Assembly: GCA_048938105.1 (NCBI GenBank)
Contig: JBHLMN010000023.1
Span: forward strand, 80,079-104,078
Direction of reading: 5' to 3'
DNA from: Promethearchaeota archaeon
GTDB lineage: Archaea > Asgardarchaeota > Heimdallarchaeia > Hodarchaeales > Hodarchaeaceae
DNA length: 24,000 nt
In this document: in pieces, positions 22,102 through 24,000 of the stretch
Layout: the number at the start of each line of letters is the position of its first letter
How positions within the stretch are numbered: the stretch's first letter is position 1
The notes under the pieces: generated by a model
Seen by the model: the letters and a program-made list of their open reading frames with translations, nothing else
The model's database searches: none
What the model was told of the DNA's origin: nothing
Translations under genes and position numbers: made by a program

Positions 22102-24000
22102 TTAAACTTCACGAGTGAATATGGGTTGATGAGATACCAGTCTTGGAATAACCCGATAAAATGATGGCATTTCAATAATATGGCTCTCAATATAGCTTAT
22201 TACTTCTTTTAAAGGTTGAAATTCTTGAGTATTTTTCTTTCGATAGCGGACACTAACCTTATCTTGATTTGCTTCATTTTCACCAATTACAAAAATCAAG
22301 GGGGTCCATAGTTTTTCTGCAGCACGAATTTTCTTTGCAAGTGAGAGATCACGATCATCTATTTCCACTCGAATGTTTTTCTTTTCTAATTTTCCTGCAA
22401 TTTGTTCAGAATAAGGTAGAAATTCTTCTGTGACTGGTAAAATGCGAACTTGGATAGGTGAGAGCCATAGCGGAAGTTGAGGTTTAAGACCTTTCTGTAT
22501 TTGCTTGATTTGTTCCTCAAGAATTCCATATATTACTCGTTCAGTTGAACCTGATAATGAACAGTGTAATAACAAAGGATATACTTCTTGACCTTGTTTA
22601 TCAATATATTTGATATTAAAGCGTTCTGAGTTTTCCACGTCTATTTGGACTGTTGATAGGGCTCCAGCCTTCCGCTGGCCATCAACAATGTTAAATTCAA
22701 ATTTTAAAATGAAATATGCGTATCTTGTGTTGAACAATTCAAGTAGGATAGGTTTATCTAGGTTTTTTATCAAAGAAATAATCCAATTTTTATTATCTTC
22801 ATAAAATTCGGTTGTCATCCGAAATGCTGTTTCGTAACTAACCTCAATATCCTGCATATACTGAAAAGCAAGCTTGAATTGGGCTTCAAACTCTTTTTTA
22901 GCTGCTGACATGTCTATAACTGCGGTGTGCAAGTCTGGCATGGTGAATGCACGAAGACGGCGAATTCCAGCCAGTTCTCCACGTTGTTCTCGTCTGAAAG
23001 AATCAGTTATTTCAAACATTTTTAGAGGAAGTTGTCGATAGCTAATTATCGCGTCAGATAGAGTTAGAAATTGACCAAAACAAGCTGAAAACCTTAGGAA
23101 GTAATCTTTATCGCCAGATTTTACGATATATTGACGTGCAGGAAAACGCTCCAAATACTTTTTGAGCGAAGGATGATCATAGGAATACATTATGGGAGTT
23201 TCAACAACCATGGCTCCATATCTGATTGCCATCTCGAGTACATGGCTTTCAATTAAATGTTTGACAATGTACCCTCTGGGAAGAATACGAAAATTCCCAG
23301 CATCACTACCTTCTTCATAATCGATTAATTCTAATTGCTTCATGAATGCAACATGTTTAGGAGGAGAACTAACAGTCCTGTCTTTTGCAGTTTCGTAGTT
23401 TACAAATATTTGGAAGTCGTTAAGGTCTTCATAATTAAAAGTATTATGTGGAATCAATTTTCCAGTTTGAGTAAGGATAAAAAATTGAGATTTCGTTTCA
23501 TCTTCAGCAGCAATTGCTGTGGTAACTTCGACTGTTGGCTTTAACTTTATTTCTTTTTTTTCGCCTGTAATCTCTTTAGAGCGCTCTGCAAGGGCATGCC
23601 CCTTACATTGTAGAGAGAAAGCCTTGTAATACCCGAAAGGAGCACGTATGATACTTAAATTTGGAAATTCTGACTTTAATTCTATCTCTAATGTTTGTAG
23701 AATACGTAATGCATCAGCTGGTTTTGCTGGGGTTGTTTTAACGAGATGTACCCAAGGATAAAGTATAACATTAGTCTCTTTAATATCTTCTAATGCTTTT
23801 TGAATCTCTAAAATCGATTTCTTATTTAATAGGGAAGTATTGTTAGTATCATCAATCTCCACACCAATAAAAATAACCATTACGGAGTTTTTTGTACTGT
23901 ATTCTCCTAATATATAATCTGTTAACGATTCAGCGTTACTTACTGCTTTATCATTAACTTTCCAGCTAAATCCATCTGAATGAATTAATAATAACTGCAT
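22102..24000 (-). CDS. thrS: Threonyl-tRNA synthetase, archaeal type with fused N-terminal editing domain
   Basis: The N-terminus MQLLLIHSDGFSWKV is typical of the archaeal ThrRS editing (DTD-like) domain. Class II motif 2 is FRREQRGELAGIRRLRAFTMPDLH. A C-terminal anticodon-binding domain is present. The ATG is the last three bases of the window, so the CDS is complete but its promoter is outside. Confidence 0.93.
   Translation of the reverse strand: MQLLLIHSDGFSWKVNDKAVSNAESLTDYILGEYSTKNSVMVIFIGVEIDDTNNTSLLNKKSILEIQKALEDIKETNVILYPWVHLVKTTPAKPADALRILQTLEIELKSEFPNLSIIRAPFGYYKAFSLQCKGHALAERSKEITGEKKEIKLKPTVEVTTAIAAEDETKSQFFILTQTGKLIPHNTFNYEDLNDFQIFVNYETAKDRTVSSPPKHVAFMKQLELIDYEEGSDAGNFRILPRGYIVKHLIESHVLEMAIRYGAMVVETPIMYSYDHPSLKKYLERFPARQYIVKSGDKDYFLRFSACFGQFLTLSDAIISYRQLPLKMFEITDSFRREQRGELAGIRRLRAFTMPDLHTAVIDMSAAKKEFEAQFKLAFQYMQDIEVSYETAFRMTTEFYEDNKNWIISLIKNLDKPILLELFNTRYAYFILKFEFNIVDGQRKAGALSTVQIDVENSERFNIKYIDKQGQEVYPLLLHCSLSGSTERVIYGILEEQIKQIQKGLKPQLPLWLSPIQVRILPVTEEFLPYSEQIAGKLEKKNIRVEIDDRDLSLAKKIRAAEKLWTPLIFVIGENEANQDKVSVRYRKKNTQEFQPLKEVISYIESHIIEMPSFYRVIPRLVSHQPIFTREV

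Noticed and set aside
22610-23544. Plus-strand ORFs 22610-22804 and 23335-23544
   Set aside because: They are antisense inside thrS.
8744-24000. tRNA-Thr and threonyl-tRNA synthetase occurring in the same window
   Set aside because: They are 13 kb apart, on opposite strands, with many unrelated genes between them. There is no T-box-like or operon link, so this is treated as coincidence.
1-24000. Search for CRISPR arrays, transposases, integrases, toxin-antitoxin pairs, restriction-modification genes and rRNA
   Set aside because: I saw no periodic direct repeats of 25-40 nt, no DDE/tyrosine-recombinase-like ORFs, no small paired ORFs typical of TA systems and no rRNA-like GC-rich structured stretch. 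The only repeats are the small ones reported above.

Overview
AT-rich (about one-third G+C by eye), gene-dense archaeal chromosomal segment. I call 29 protein-coding genes: 27 from the ORF track, plus a 58-aa Nop10 and a 5'-partial NMD3-like gene that the track missed. There is also one tRNA that needs two introns removed. I saw no CRISPR array, transposase, integrase or rRNA. Archaeal housekeeping genes are present: aIF2-beta, aIF2-alpha, eS27, Nop10, a Gins51-like protein, an NMD3-like protein, a circularly permuted ribosome-biogenesis GTPase, A/V-ATPase subunit B, an Ard1/Naa10-like acetyltransferase and an archaeal-type ThrRS. These are interleaved with many eukaryotic-signature genes. The latter include a complete ubiquitin cascade (UBA3/UBA2-like E1, a ubiquitin-like protein ending in GG-stop, an HPN-Cys UBC E2, a JAMM/MPN+ isopeptidase), a Vps22/EAP30 (ESCRT-II) homologue, an mglB-mglA-like Roadblock + GTPase operon with an extra Roadblock gene, and two tandem Arf/Arl-like GTPases. 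This combination points to an Asgard (Lokiarchaeia-like) archaeon, which is an inference from gene content only. The most interesting region is 11.8-19.7 kb. There the Vps22-like gene is co-transcribed with a PF13421-like SPFH protein and sits beside the ubiquitin cassette. Four uncharacterised proteins lie in the same block: a 588-aa winged-helix-like/multi-zinc-finger protein with a C4C4 RING-like C-terminus, a 104-aa basic zinc ribbon, a 264-aa zinc-ribbon + degenerate UBC/RWD-like protein that heads the Ubl-E1 operon, and a 269-aa membrane-anchored protein. Other points worth a second look are a solitary atpB, the double-intron tRNA-Thr, an identical 14-nt palindrome+TATA motif in two divergent promoters, and a degenerate duplication of the JAMM gene's 3' end. 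All functional calls rest on motifs read by eye; no database search was run.
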